Below, one piece after another: positions 21,238 to 33,535 of a DNA stretch of 64,000 nucleotides (within the stretch, counting starts at the first letter, position 1; each line of letters begins with the position of its first letter). The stretch lies in the NCBI GenBank assembly GCA_000002445.1, contig CM000208.1, forward strand, positions 1,056,001-1,120,000, written 5' to 3'. This DNA is from Trypanosoma brucei (Eukaryota). The notes beneath the pieces are model-generated. The model made no database searches. It was not told the DNA's origin and saw nothing but the letters and a program-made list of their open reading frames with translations. The position numbers were made by a program, and so were the translations under genes.

Positions 21238-22769
21238 TAGTGACGACAAACAATGTTGACAGCGGTGGATGTACTTATTCGGCAATACGTTATATTTACA
21301 CTCGTTGTGACAACCGGTTACTTATCCAACTTTCCCCTCTGCCGCCTTTGCAGGTGTGCAATTTGTTCTCCCCCTTCGCTTCGCACCAATGATTTCGTGA
21401 TAGGTTTGGTGTGCAGATTAGTTTTCTATGGCTCCAGTGACACTCTCCCTTGAAAAGTTAATATATTTTGGATTAACATACGCGAAGAAATAATTGTGAG
21501 AGGAGGAGGAGGAGTGCCACACCACCACGTAACAGCCGCAAGAAGAAAAAGTTGTGCCAGCACCTTTAGCGCATTCAGTCGTGGTCCCATGATATTTTAT
21601 CCCAATCTTTGGCCCTCTTTAGTATTCGGAAAATAATAACGGCACCCTACCGTTCCAGATAGCTTCCTCATACATGGAACTCACCTCGATACTCCACCTC
21701 CTAGAGTGGCAGTGGAGTATCACTTACACGGTCACCGTCCAAGGTCCCTCCAGCACCACCGAATGAGGAAATAACTTCAAACAGCATATCGACTGTGGGG
21801 AGCGTAAACAGCAACGGCAAGTTACAACAATCACTGACAGTAATAAAAGGGAATGGACGACATACGCCTCAATCGTATACTTTGAGCGCAACTTTTGAGC
21901 CTGCAGGCGCCATGAGCATGATTGCCTCGTAACATAACCACACGCAAACCGGTACCAGCGGGAACAACCACACGACCTGGGGTGGCAGGCCGTATACCTT
22001 TTCCCGATGTGCTCCCACGTCTACCGGATCAAGTGCACGCAGAACGAAAAACGTCGCAACGGTAACAAACAATACCCAAAGAGGAAGCGCGATAGGTCGC
22101 AAAAACATGCTTCTGTCTCTACAGTCGGCTTTCACTTGTGTAAGTGTAGCGGCTGTGGAGTAAACGTTCCGACTCCGTTTTTGTATATGACGTCGCAGTA
22201 AATGGTGCGTAATTAACGGCGGTAAACGAATGTTTTCTTTTTTCTTTTACCGTCTATACCTTACTGGCATGTAGGCGTCCAATCTTTATCGACACTGATA
22301 TCTCTCCTACCTTTCTAAGTGAGTTAGATAATATATTTGAAAGAGAAGAGAAAACAAATAAACTCACCGTCCCCCGGTACGATCAGTTTCAGGGTTGTAC
22401 CAATAGGCTGCGTTTTGTTCGGTCACTGTAAGTCATTTGATGTTGCCATTCTTTCACGTTTATCCTTCACCCACACCCATTTTCGGCCAAACAATCCAAA
22501 CTTTTAGGCAAAGTTAACTGGCATTAAGACACCATGACCAAAGGGGAATCAAAAACTAACTCCTCGATACAAGCCGTGACATTTCTTCCGACTCGCGCCG
22601 ATGACGGCAAGGGCGTGCCGGTTAACTGACTTGAGCAGCTTCGAGCTGGCTTCGAGGGCCCGATCACAGAGACTCGGGACGGCGCATAACCGTCCTACCA
22701 ACGTAATGCAACATTTGCATACTTCCACCTGGTCACATCCTGCGCGCTTTCAGCACCCTGCCTGGGCAC

Positions 22770-24845
22770 CTACACCCCAGGTGAACGCTGCCGTTTTTGC
22801 CCGACCTCATCAAGGACCTCCGCTTTTGCATTTGACTGCCCAGACTTGCAACCTGCAAGTGCCTCAGCCAAAATACGTTGAACCCGCTTTTCCTGTTCGG
22901 ACTCGACCTGCGACTGTACAGTGCGACGCTCCTCCTGCTGCTGGCGATAGGTGGGTTCCTCCACAGCCACAGCGTAGTAACCCCGGCATGGTTCATGCAC
23001 CACCTCGGAGACAACGAGGGTGCTCATCACCGCGTCCACTGCAGATGCATGAGTGCTGCCGGAGGTTGGACATGTTTCATGCATAAATATAGATAGTGTG
23101 AATAACTGTGGTGGTGATGTAGAGGCGGGGAGCACGATGTAGACAGGATCATCTGTGCTCGGTGTACTCGGCAGCCAAACCACTCGAGTGCCGCTGAACG
23201 ACGTACCGGGCAACAAAAGTGATTCGTTAGTGTGTTGTCCACTTCGCCGCCGTTGCTCTTCCTCATCTGGAAACGCTCCGTGAGAAAGAGTAAACGATGC
23301 CCGACGCATCTCCGCATCGCGTTTGGAGGCCACAAGTCGCAAAGCCGCCTCGCTTCCACCAATGGAAGTGGCATACAACACAGCAACACTCATACGCTCG
23401 CCAGGAACGGCAAACTCGCGCCAGTGACTGCCACCCTCACTAGGGACAAACATTGAGGGAATAAACACAGGCCACTCGACGGAAGAAGCCGCCGGTATTG
23501 TTGATGTTGTAACGTGCGGCGGCGCTGCAATACGCGCATGTAGTCCATCATCGTCAACACGCAGGATACAAACTGAGATGGTGGAGAGGGTGTGAATTCC
23601 GGTTGGGAACGCATGTACACGCTCCGCCGTGGACGACCAGTGCCGCTGCCGCCGTGAAGAATCCGATCCACCCTCAGCCGCGGCCTTCCGCTCTTGCAGC
23701 GCCTTGAAAAGCCGGCCGGCCAGTTCCTTTTTGGATGAACTGGGCGCATCGCTCTTAGTGAGAACGTCACAACTGGAGCTGCTAACAAGTGACGAAGGAC
23801 CTCCCCGACGCGCCAGACAGTGGAGTAAGTCGGAATTATTACCTGTACCACTCAGCCCACAGTTCACTGCATTCAAAGTGGCACACAGATCTGCCTCGAC
23901 GAAGTTCCCCTCCCGCGCTGTTTCTAATGAAGTAAGTTTTACTTCCACAAAGTCCCACGGGAAAACTTTCGTGAAATTTGTCTTTGCACGCACGACGATT
24001 GTTCGGCCCTTCCTAGCCAGTCCTACGTCAACGTCACAAGAGGTCACTGTGTTACCAACACCGCCTTCAGACGACTGTGGGAGAACGACGCCGCGCAGCA
24101 CAGAACCCACCTTGACTTCCTTTAGAGCCCATCGTGTTAATAAAATATCTTTTAGAGCATGTATCAGTTCGTCGTTAGGTCCAATGTGTGTTACGTATAC
24201 TGCATTATTCGTCGCTAAAGTCGCCTGGTTGTTTGTAAGGTATGCATTTGCACTGTGAACATCCTTGAACGACATAACCGCTGCATATTTTCCGATTGTG
24301 CGGGCTTTCACACGTGATAGCGCTTGCAGAAACATGCGGACGACACCCTCGTTCCTACTGCTGGGCGGCTTGACCTTGGCAGCCCCTCGGTTGCCCACAT
24401 GACCGCCAATAACGGCGGGAGTTGCACTCGTCGCAGCGATCTCTGCTGCTTCACTGCTCAATGTGTGTGGTACCTGCAAAACTTTCTCCTCGATCGCTAC
24501 ATCCTCCACATCCTGAGAAATGAGCGAACGTAAAAGGGAGATATCGAGGCTTGATAATGACGTTGCCAACAGTTTCTCGCCCACATGAACAATTGGTGGG
24601 AGGTAGCTAACAATCCAACGACGCCCAGACGAGGATAGATCATTCTGCAAACGCTCTGCGGAAGAAAGGCGTTGGAATTGAATGGTAACAGAACCGCTAT
24701 GAAAGTCACGATCCTCTTCAAAGAGCACCTCCTCAATTACGCCATATTTTGAAAACGTGTTGAAGAGCTCTCCGTGCACTGCAACATCCTCTGCGTCTAT
24801 GCCTGCCACACGCACACGCCGCGTGATAGATACCGGCGTTTGCAT
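22770..24845 (-). CDS. hypothetical protein (about 691 aa), possible N-terminal RRM-like fold
   Basis: The track ORF begins at a TTG at 24899, and the first ATG (MQTPVSITRRV) is at 24845. VRVAGIDAEDVAVHGELFNTFSKYGVIEEV is weakly RRM-like. Confidence 0.5.
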   Translation of the reverse strand: MQTPVSITRRVRVAGIDAEDVAVHGELFNTFSKYGVIEEVLFEEDRDFHSGSVTIQFQRLSSAERLQNDLSSSGRRWIVSYLPPIVHVGEKLLATSLSSLDISLLRSLISQDVEDVAIEEKVLQVPHTLSSEAAEIAATSATPAVIGGHVGNRGAAKVKPPSSRNEGVVRMFLQALSRVKARTIGKYAAVMSFKDVHSANAYLTNNQATLATNNAVYVTHIGPNDELIHALKDILLTRWALKEVKVGSVLRGVVLPQSSEGGVGNTVTSCDVDVGLARKGRTIVVRAKTNFTKVFPWDFVEVKLTSLETAREGNFVEADLCATLNAVNCGLSGTGNNSDLLHCLARRGGPSSLVSSSSCDVLTKSDAPSSSKKELAGRLFKALQERKAAAEGGSDSSRRQRHWSSTAERVHAFPTGIHTLSTISVCILRVDDDGLHARIAAPPHVTTSTIPAASSVEWPVFIPSMFVPSEGGSHWREFAVPGERMSVAVLYATSIGGSEAALRLVASKRDAEMRRASFTLSHGAFPDEEEQRRRSGQHTNESLLLPGTSFSGTRVVWLPSTPSTDDPVYIVLPASTSPPQLFTLSIFMHETCPTSGSTHASAVDAVMSTLVVSEVVHEPCRGYYAVAVEEPTYRQQQEERRTVQSQVESEQEKRVQRILAEALAGCKSGQSNAKAEVLDEVGQKRQRSPGV

Positions 24846-25275
24846 CACCGAAGTAGGAGGGGAGGTGAAGAATGTGGGATTGGGTGTCCCCTGTTTCAAA
24901 GACTAATAAGAGGTATGTGTAAGGCGCCTTGAAATAAAAAGCAGATATCAAAGCAGCAGAATATGAAACCCGGGATTCAATGCAAAGTAAGATACATCCG
25001 CAACGTCCGTTCCTTATACCCACCCTCCCTCGGAGCATTGCAGCCGTCGAACAGCAACGGAAAGGCTATGGGTAGCACTCGCCCGCGTATTCCTCACAAT
25101 GACCGCTTTGGGGGGGGACGGTGGCGGTACGTAAACCAAATGACCATTAAAAGTAATAAACAACAAAAAGAAGAATGATTGGGGTGACAGACCAACTCAG
25201 CACCGGTAAGCCTCATCAAATCACTTGAACGACTCTCGGAAAGGAACATGACGGCACACACCTACACCGTTGCGA

Positions 25276-25593
25276 TTATGCAGAAGTGATGTCAGAGTCA
25301 CCAACATCCGTAATGGAAAGTACGCAAGCACGGAAATGCCTTCCGCATGCCGTTCCAAGGTCAAGGTTGTTGCCGCTGTAGTGGTGAATTGGCGTCTTGC
25401 TTAAAGTGCAGTAGTACTCAATCTCCGCCTTGCGAATCGGCGGGCAGTTCGCGGAAATGACGACGAGTTTGCTGCGGCCCTGACGAAGTGTCTTGAGTGA
25501 CTGCTGCGTCCCGAGAACGTATTTGCCGGATTTCATCACCAGTTGGATCTTGGTGTTGATGGTGTCCACCTTCGACTTGACCTTCTTCGCCAT
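25276..25593 (-). CDS. RPL30: 60S ribosomal protein L30 (L30e), copy 1
   Basis: 105 aa [61 protein letters not shown]..., the L30e/L7Ae family signature. Confidence 0.9.
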   Translation of the reverse strand: MAKKVKSKVDTINTKIQLVMKSGKYVLGTQQSLKTLRQGRSKLVVISANCPPIRKAEIEYYCTLSKTPIHHYSGNNLDLGTACGRHFRACVLSITDVGDSDITSA

Positions 25594-25903
25594 TGTGCCA
25601 GCACCGGTCCCTGTGTTTCGAAGCGGTAGTCCAACAAACAGTAAAAATAAAGAGAGGAGAGAGGGGAAAGGTATTCAATAGGATAATAGCAGATGTGGAC
25701 GCAAATATTAGGTAGACACAGTACAGTCTCGCCAGATTACGAGTGGCTGAAAAATTTTAAGCTGGTTTGAATCCAAAGGGAACAAAATTTGTGGCAAAAA
25801 AAAAATAATAATAATAATGCCTACAGTACCCCATTCCTTTGCATCAAATCACTTGAACGACTCTCGGAAAGGAACATGACGGCACACACCTACACCGTTG
25901 CGA

Positions 25904-26221
25904 TTATGCAGAAGTGATGTCAGAGTCACCAACATCCGTAATGGAAAGTACGCAAGCACGGAAATGCCTTCCGCATGCCGTTCCAAGGTCAAGGTTGTTG
26001 CCGCTGTAGTGGTGAATTGGCGTCTTGCTTAAAGTGCAGTAGTACTCAATCTCCGCCTTGCGAATCGGCGGGCAGTTCGCGGAAATGACGACGAGTTTGC
26101 TGCGGCCCTGACGAAGTGTCTTGAGTGACTGCTGCGTCCCGAGAACGTATTTGCCGGATTTCATCACCAGTTGGATCTTGGTGTTGATGGTGTCCACCTT
26201 CGACTTGACCTTCTTCGCCAT
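25904..26221 (-). CDS. RPL30: 60S ribosomal protein L30 (L30e), copy 2 (nucleotide-identical CDS)
   Basis: Same 318-nt CDS. The track ORF is extended upstream to 26290, but the ATG matching copy 1 is at 26221. Confidence 0.9.
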   Translation of the reverse strand: MAKKVKSKVDTINTKIQLVMKSGKYVLGTQQSLKTLRQGRSKLVVISANCPPIRKAEIEYYCTLSKTPIHHYSGNNLDLGTACGRHFRACVLSITDVGDSDITSA

Positions 26222-27835
26222 TGTGCTACTGGAAAGGGAGGCTGCCATCGAGTATTGGAAAAGACGAAACAGAAGAAGGAATGAAAGCAAATTATGGTCA
26301 GAGAGGTTTCAAAAGAGTCCCCAAATAGAAAATGGAAAGTCTACAGAAGCGACACAACCCCCGACGACAATGTGGAAACAGTTATCTCAGTTGGCAAGGA
26401 GGAGAAGTCCATCCAGCCACACAAACAAGTGGACACAGTACCACCACCAACATTACCACCATCCAGCACTTCACGAGCAGTTTGGGTAGCGTCTCCACCT
26501 TCTCGTTTATTGCGCTAGTCAGGGGACGAAGAACAAAATCGGGTCCCGCTCTTTGAGTAAGCATGTATAAAGCAACATTACCGTTCCAGAGAAAACTGTT
26601 ACCGTTGGTGTGTGGACAAGACGGGACGAACAGGGAAAAGATAAGCTCAACTCTACGTGACTCCTCACGCACTAGCAAGACACATCACGATATATATATA
26701 TTATTTATTTATTGATTTATTTATATATTCTGAAACATAACCAGTTGGTCAGCACCGTTAAAACATACCCCATTTGTTTGTTCCCCCGGTCGCAACTAGT
26801 TACAAACACCACAACATTGCAGCACACCTCACATTACACCGAGTTGCAGTGGCGTGCCGATACGTGCCACATTTCACTTCATGGAATCACTACTTTCGGG
26901 AGCAAAGCCACTGAAGAAGGTCGTCACGTCCAACCAGCCGACGGCTTTGTGAGGCACAGTACAGACGGATGTCGACAAACCAAACGTATCTTTTTTTTTT
27001 CAGAAACAAACAAAATTTCACCTGGGTGCCGCCGGATCGAGCAGCCTGCACGTTGATTAAACAATTCAATAGCTCCTAAAGGGGCAGTGGCCAAAAACAT
27101 TACCATTTGCCCACATACTAAAATACTTGGGCACTTCCCCTTTCCTATAGCGCCCTCGGGGCGTGGTTCGGCAGACGGTAAAACTTTTAAAAAATCCTTA
27201 AGTAATGAAGAGAAATCCAATGAGGGGAGGAAACGGTGTATGAAACGTATTGCTCTTCTCACTTTGCCCCTTGCTCACTTTCTTCCCATATCCGCGGAGA
27301 GCACCAACGAACATAGAGGCGCGAAAATACAAGTCAGCGAAAGTGATTTGCAACAACATACCACATCATTCTTCTTCGCACGTTAATACCACAAGAACAC
27401 AAACATGGGGGAGCGAGTTATATCGCTCAGGAGGTAGACGGCTGCGACGACATCGCAGTACAAAGAGTTGGACGGCAAACCAAGGTTGAAAAATGAGAGC
27501 GAGAAAGGGCATGCGTACTTACATTTTTTCCAACACCAACCAACCTCCTATTTTTCCTATCCCTGAACCCCAGCCGTCATTCCCAGTAACAAAAACTTGC
27601 CGATACTTAACCGCAGACTCCCTACCTCTGCATTCCCCCAACAACACACACCACACTAGCCCTGTTGCAGTGCTACGCAGCAGTTGCCAAGGAGAGACCA
27701 CGTAAACATACTCACTACCCACATCACGATAAAAAAGAAAACAACTAAACTTTATACCTCACTCTAACCACCCAACCCCCGGCTGGCTTGCAACTCCAGT
27801 GATGCAATCATCCACTGCCACAGTGCAGTTGATAG

Positions 27836-27859
27836 CACACACACACACACACACACACA
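27836..27859. repeat. (AC)12 microsatellite
   Basis: Direct reading. Similar (CA)n runs occur at about 9996-10013 and 30167-30187, and (TA)n at 12130-12148 and 44183-44201. Confidence 0.9.
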
Positions 27860-28404
27860 TCAACTTCCTCTTTTCCACCGCTTCTTTCCCTGTCGTCGCG
27901 GTTTCTCATACGATGAATCCCGTCCACATTCCAACACTTTCACGAAGTGTCACTCAGTCAACACTGTCAACCCTGCAGGTTCCGTTTTGAGCAGCGTCAA
28001 CTGCAGGCGGTTGTGGCGAACAGTTCTTGACGCCGTTAGTTCCCTCATGAGAAACAACACAGCGGCTCGTGCTGCAACACGCTGTCACTTTCGGTGAAAG
28101 TATATGACAAACGGAGAATCTACGCAACGAAAACCATATGCGGGAAGACGAAGATCCGGTGGTTGGCAAAGAAGCACCTGCCGACAGGTGGGCACAGGAA
28201 ACAAATAGCAAGTAATGCAAAGCAAGACTAAGGCTTGCGGTGCACTAAAACAATGAATCGGAACTTAAAATGTGGGGCGCGCTCACGTACAGAAGCACAG
28301 TCGAGGCACGGACCCACTATCTATACTTAACAAACTGTCCCCTTCCTTCAACTCTTCTCTGCACTTCCCCTGATCGTTCACCGAACAGTAGCTTCCCTAC
28401 ACCC

Positions 28405-29202
28405 TCACTTGCCCAGGTCTGACTTCTGCGGGTTATTCTCAACAGAAGACTTCAACTCAGCAATGAGGTCGTCGGCAGTCTTTCCACTATACCGCTTGCC
28501 AGGTTGCATGCGCTGTAGATCCTTGTCAACTGCGAACCGCTTGTTAAGGAACTTTTTCAACATATCCCCGCGCGCTTTTTCAAGATCGTCCCGAATGCGG
28601 TCCTTTCTCTCCTTATATGCCGCTGTCTCCCGGGCCATGCGCTCCGTATCCATACGCTTCAGCTCTGCCATTTCCTCCTGTGTAAGAGCCTTCTTTCGCT
28701 TATCAAAGTCTTCACGCACCACCTGTTCCCACGGGCTATTGTACCCGAGGCCCTCCCTTCCAATGTTTTGGTCCTCACGTGCAACTTTCTTTACCTGTTC
28801 CGGATCCAACTCCCAGAAACGCCACTCATTCCACTTCTGTGCCGTCTCCAACTCACGCCAGGTGACTTGCAGGATGTATTCAACAGGCCAACCCCAAAAA
28901 TATCGCTTCTCAAGGGTGCACCAGTCATCCTGGCATTCCTTAATGCCATGGTTTACACGCTTCACCAGAGTCATGGCTATGTTGTAGTAAGTGGACTCTG
29001 GGGGAATGTCAGAGCTTGTCAGAAAGGCTTGCAGTTCACTCGCAGCAGCAAGCAACTTCGGCTTCCAAAGCGGCTCCACAGCTATGCCAGCTAAACCTGT
29101 CGTGGATTTGACAGGAAATGCACGGGGGATGTACTCATCGCTAATTGTCATCAAAATAGCTGTGCGCCTCAGTCCTGAAAGCAAAAATTGGGAGGAACGC
29201 AT
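28405..29202 (-). CDS. NDUFA5 (complex I B13 subunit)-like domain protein with about 110-aa charged C-terminal extension
   Basis: N-terminal MRSSQFLLSGLRRTAIL is presequence-like. KSTTGLAGIAVEP...L matches the B13 KTTGLVGLAV start. ELETAQKWNEWRFWEL matches the ELNLARKMREWKLWEPL end of the B13 domain. Confidence 0.5.
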   Translation of the reverse strand: MRSSQFLLSGLRRTAILMTISDEYIPRAFPVKSTTGLAGIAVEPLWKPKLLAAASELQAFLTSSDIPPESTYYNIAMTLVKRVNHGIKECQDDWCTLEKRYFWGWPVEYILQVTWRELETAQKWNEWRFWELDPEQVKKVAREDQNIGREGLGYNSPWEQVVREDFDKRKKALTQEEMAELKRMDTERMARETAAYKERKDRIRDDLEKARGDMLKKFLNKRFAVDKDLQRMQPGKRYSGKTADDLIAELKSSVENNPQKSDLGK

Positions 29203-31888
29203 GGGGCCGCTACTAATAATTGATCCGCTACACTTCTACGGTGTTGGAAAAAAAAATCCCCCTAATTCTTCTGATCCGACTAATCCCTCAACTAACTTTT
29301 CGCACTGTTGCCGTTTAGGGTCCGATTTATTTTTTTTCTTCCGCCCACAACTTTTTTACGCGCAAACAACTCCCCGCAAACGTTATTCCTTTATTCTTAC
29401 TACAAAAAAAAACTGAGGACCAAAGCAGTAAGGCAATGCACACTGACCCCGCTGCTTCCCAGAACTCAGTCGTCCCTAAAAGAAAATACTACTATTTATT
29501 AGACAGTCGAGGTAAATACGAAAGATCGATCGTGGTGACGGGCAGCAGAGCGCAAAGAATATGCAGACAAGACACCGAGCTGTGACCCTTTAAGCCACAT
29601 CGACACATCACTCAGGCACCGTTGACAAAAATAAAAAAAACTAAACAAGCACAAATATGTAAATAACCGGATTCCACAACAAAAAAAAATCCAGAAAATA
29701 CAAAGGAAGGGAAAACGACGACAACAAGCCTAAAAAAGAAGAGTGCTTTTGCGACACGGTGTTTTAGACCATTTCGACCACCCGAGTTGGAGCAGGAGAA
29801 AAAGGAAGAAGCACTTCGAGCAGCAAACATTGCAATGTTATTCCCACCATCAATACACAAACAGCATTCGCACAGCCACAACAATGCAGCCTGTCGCAAC
29901 CCACAAGGAGAGGCGGTCTCCGACAACACTGCACTTGTAAAGAAACTTACGGTGTAACTCTGTGTGATCACGATGAAACAAAGTAGGGCTGTACTGCCGC
30001 AAATATGTTGCCGTGCATATAATTAGAAGCAAGACATACGCGGCTGCCTCGATGTCGAAGAATACGCTCATGGAGTGACTCCCTTCAGGTGCAAAGGTGC
30101 TTCTATCTTTCTTTTTAGAGCACTGCAGACCTTGCTACCCTTGCTACACGTACCACCACAGTGCTTCACACACACACACACACACACGTGCGTTTGTATG
30201 TATGTTCTGTTGGTGCCAAATTAAAAATGGTGATTCTCAGGACAATGATTTCTTGCACCTCAGCTCCCGTAATGCGGTACACCTATCAAACAGTGATCGT
30301 CGCTCTGATAAAAGTGAGTTGCTCTCATGTACGCAGAAAGTGAAGATAAACAGGAAAGTGAATGAACATTTTCGGCTACTAGTAACAAAATTTATAATGA
30401 CGGGGCCACCGCAGGATTACAGAATGAGTAATGCGGCCATGACGCAGAACCCGATCCCGGGAAACAAGTGAAAAGATAAGGAAAACACTGCTACAGGTAA
30501 GTCGAATGGGGGGAAAAAATAGGGTTCCAAGCACACAACACATAAGCGTACCAAGGTCCCCCAGCGTAGATATGCAATCACGTTGCTTCTACATGAAGGA
30601 GATAAGCGCCACACCAACTTTCCACAGGGACACCGAACTCCGTGCACGCAACGCAAATTAGACACGGAAACGCTGCTGAAGATCATAATTTTGGTGCTAT
30701 GAGAATCTGCTGGAGCAGGTTGATTGGTTGACGGCTTCAAGTCACTCAGCACCAGGACGGTCTGTTCGGAAAAAAAAGGGGGGGAAGAAAAACCGGCGTT
30801 GTAACATCGGGGCATCTCCAAAGTCGTAGCGAACGAGATACAGGGAGCAGCTTCAACGTGACTGCTGCGAGTTTGCGTTATCCACCGAAACGGTTTGCCC
30901 TTCAAGACGCTGCTCTGTTCATAAAAATCACCCACAAAAAAACCCTGGTAAAGATAAGACCACTCAGCATATCCAAAGGAACAAGAAGAATGGATGAAAA
31001 CCCTCTTACCCGTGGTGAATGGAACCACAGTGCTCTTCTTGTTTTACCAACTACAGGCGTTACGCTGCGCAAACATACTCGCAGGTTTCACCTTCCCTCC
31101 CTCCCCTTCTCAGGTTGTACTCGCACAACACAAAGACAGTTTACACCTCTCTTACTTGCATCTACCGACCTCTTATCTGCCAAACTCCTCCTCCATCTTA
31201 TCAACAGCACACACCGTGTCCGATAAACTGCCGCCACCGTTTGCTCTCACGTACGCGCGACGAATGGAGTCATACTACGATTTACTGTATTCCCTAATTT
31301 TGGCACAAAATTTTTCAGCAATAACAAAACAACGGGAACCTCAGGTGAAGCTCTTAAAGATCTCCCAAATGGTGTTCGATCAGAAAAATGAACGCGCAGA
31401 CACACAGTGGATATTCCAAGCAAAAAAAAAAACGGAAATAACGTGGAACATTCCACAGCAAAACGTCTTCTGATTAACAAAATCCCTACGGAGAATAAAC
31501 ATCCATATGCACGGAAGGCACCCGCACTTGCAAGCAGACACAGGGAAAAACATTTTGCTCTCTTTGTTATTTATTTCAATAATAGAAGGTTAGAAGCTAT
31601 CAAAAGAAAGCAAGCTACATGGGAGAACTTGGCGCCATCTCAATATCGTTCCCATACTTTGTATTGCAGTGATGACTGCTGCTGCAACCAAAAAAAAAAA
31701 GGTACTCCTTGAACTGCTGGGTCGACGTTGTTATATTGGTGGGAAAGACGCTTGTAAAATAAATGCGTCTAATCAGCTGCCCACACTCAGGCTTTTATCC
31801 TACAGTACCACCGCAAAGGACACAGGCACATCGTCCCTGCTAACGCAAGGATGGTGCGAGAAACGAAAGCAGTGACACATCCGGGTAA

Positions 31889-33052
31889 TCACCGTTTTTT
31901 CAGTCGTGGGATTTCATAACGACATGTGGGACAGCAGTTGCTGCGTCTGAGCCACGGTATTATGCAACTGTGGTGAGACACATGCCCACATGCAATCTCA
32001 TGAACTTCTGCTCCGTCAACGAGTTGTTCAAGACATACGGGGCACTTTTCTGCATTGTCAGGGTTTGCATTACCGCGCCTTGTAGCCCCCGACCTCTTGG
32101 CCGCATTATAAGTGGTGCGCTTCAACCCGCGTAGTTGAGCTTCGGGAAGCCCAGTCTTCTCCGCATTATCGTCAAGTCTTAGTAAGTTCTCATATGAAAA
32201 GTCATCAATCTCCCACCCACCACCTGCTCCACGAGAGCCGTTACCGTTTCCACCTCTCGGATCACCTCTGCCCGTGCCTTCATCAGAGCTAGAAATGTAG
32301 AGAATGCGGCGGGGAACACCAGTAATGATATCAAAATCTGATCCACTTCTGTTGTTATTCCTTGTTCGCGTTGCGGGAGGCCCAGACCATTCATCAACCT
32401 GCACTGCGACTTGTGGTCGCTGGCCATTCACAGACTGAGCCGCCACCATAACACGCCGTACTTGAACCCCGGAATTCGGACCTCTTTGAACTGAGCGCTG
32501 TTGAGTAACTGACGTTACCTCATTACCGTGTAAAACCCTCGCTGACGCGGTCCCACCCATGGCATTCATTGCGTCGGAACGCCCCTCTGAAAAAAAATCA
32601 TTGAACGCAGACACCATCGAGAGTTGAGCTTGGAGCATCTCGTTTGCTATCCCAGACAGTGCACTGAAAATATTTCCATCGGCGCGTACAAGTTGCTGCG
32701 ATGTTTGTGGTCGCAACTGCGTATGGTGGCTATTGGGGTGAGAGCGGTTCAGCGAGCGCCTCTCCGATTCCTGCCTAACCTCACGCAGCTCCGGAACCCT
32801 CGTTGCTCTGCGGACATCAGGCGCACCGCTCCCGGGGGACGCTGTTGATTGAACCAGTCGACGCTCCGCAACTGTAGGGGCGCCCATGTCTTCCGGTAGC
32901 GGCCAATCCATCAGCATTGCCCGGCGAGGCGCCGCATTCCTAAGTGCAGCCCGTTCAATATTTCTCTGAGCAGTGATGTGTGGAGGAACCGCATTCTCCC
33001 AATCAACACCGTCGTTCATGTTACTGAAGTTTAAGCCCCTGAAAAAAGACAT
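31889..33052 (-). CDS. RING-H2 zinc-finger protein (putative E3 ubiquitin ligase)
   Basis: C-terminal CPVCLEQLVDGAEVHEIACGHVSHHSCIIPWLRRSNCCPTCR = C3H2C3 RING-H2. Confidence 0.7.
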   Translation of the reverse strand: MSFFRGLNFSNMNDGVDWENAVPPHITAQRNIERAALRNAAPRRAMLMDWPLPEDMGAPTVAERRLVQSTASPGSGAPDVRRATRVPELREVRQESERRSLNRSHPNSHHTQLRPQTSQQLVRADGNIFSALSGIANEMLQAQLSMVSAFNDFFSEGRSDAMNAMGGTASARVLHGNEVTSVTQQRSVQRGPNSGVQVRRVMVAAQSVNGQRPQVAVQVDEWSGPPATRTRNNNRSGSDFDIITGVPRRILYISSSDEGTGRGDPRGGNGNGSRGAGGGWEIDDFSYENLLRLDDNAEKTGLPEAQLRGLKRTTYNAAKRSGATRRGNANPDNAEKCPVCLEQLVDGAEVHEIACGHVSHHSCIIPWLRRSNCCPTCRYEIPRLKKR

Positions 33053-33535
33053 TTTGCTTATATTAGTCTCAGCTGTTGCTACTTTGGGTATTATCGCGTT
33101 TCTACTGTTATCCTTTTAACCAAAGAATACGCAAAGGGTGGTGTAATGTTAAGAAGTTAAATGATACGAGAATGGTGACGAGTGTCTCTTACCAAGGCAA
33201 GCGTATATTCGGATTGAAGGGGTGGCAGCACAAGCTTTTCAAGCATCATATAAATTTACTTTGTTGGTGGTGCCGTCACCAATAGCCGCCACCACACAGC
33301 GGCATAGTGGGGAGATTGGTCAAAACATATACACACAGCAGGGGAACAATACTGCGTCGACAACAAATAACAGCGAAAGGGACTACTGAAACGGGGGTAA
33401 CGCATGACACTACCAGCGGGGACCAAAGCAGCGCGATTCCAAATAAAAACCTGCAACACCTAAGAGACCAGGAAAAGATGCAAATACAGCACACACCTCG
33501 ACTCTTGCAGGTGTTCTGTTCTACCGCCACACAAC

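Larger units (their letters stand above)
25214..26226. repeat. tandem duplication (about 628-bp period) carrying the two RPL30 copies; duplicated block about 385 bp (25214-25598 and 25842-26226)
   Basis: Direct comparison. Sequence is identical from catcaaatcacttgaacgactc through the CDS to cattgtgc, and the copies diverge immediately beyond that. Confidence 0.9.

Noticed and set aside
23629-24258. 209-aa plus-strand ORF
   Set aside because: Antisense within the 691-aa hypothetical gene.
28409-28987. 192-aa plus-strand ORF
   Set aside because: Antisense to the NDUFA5-like gene. The minus frame carries the recognisable domain.
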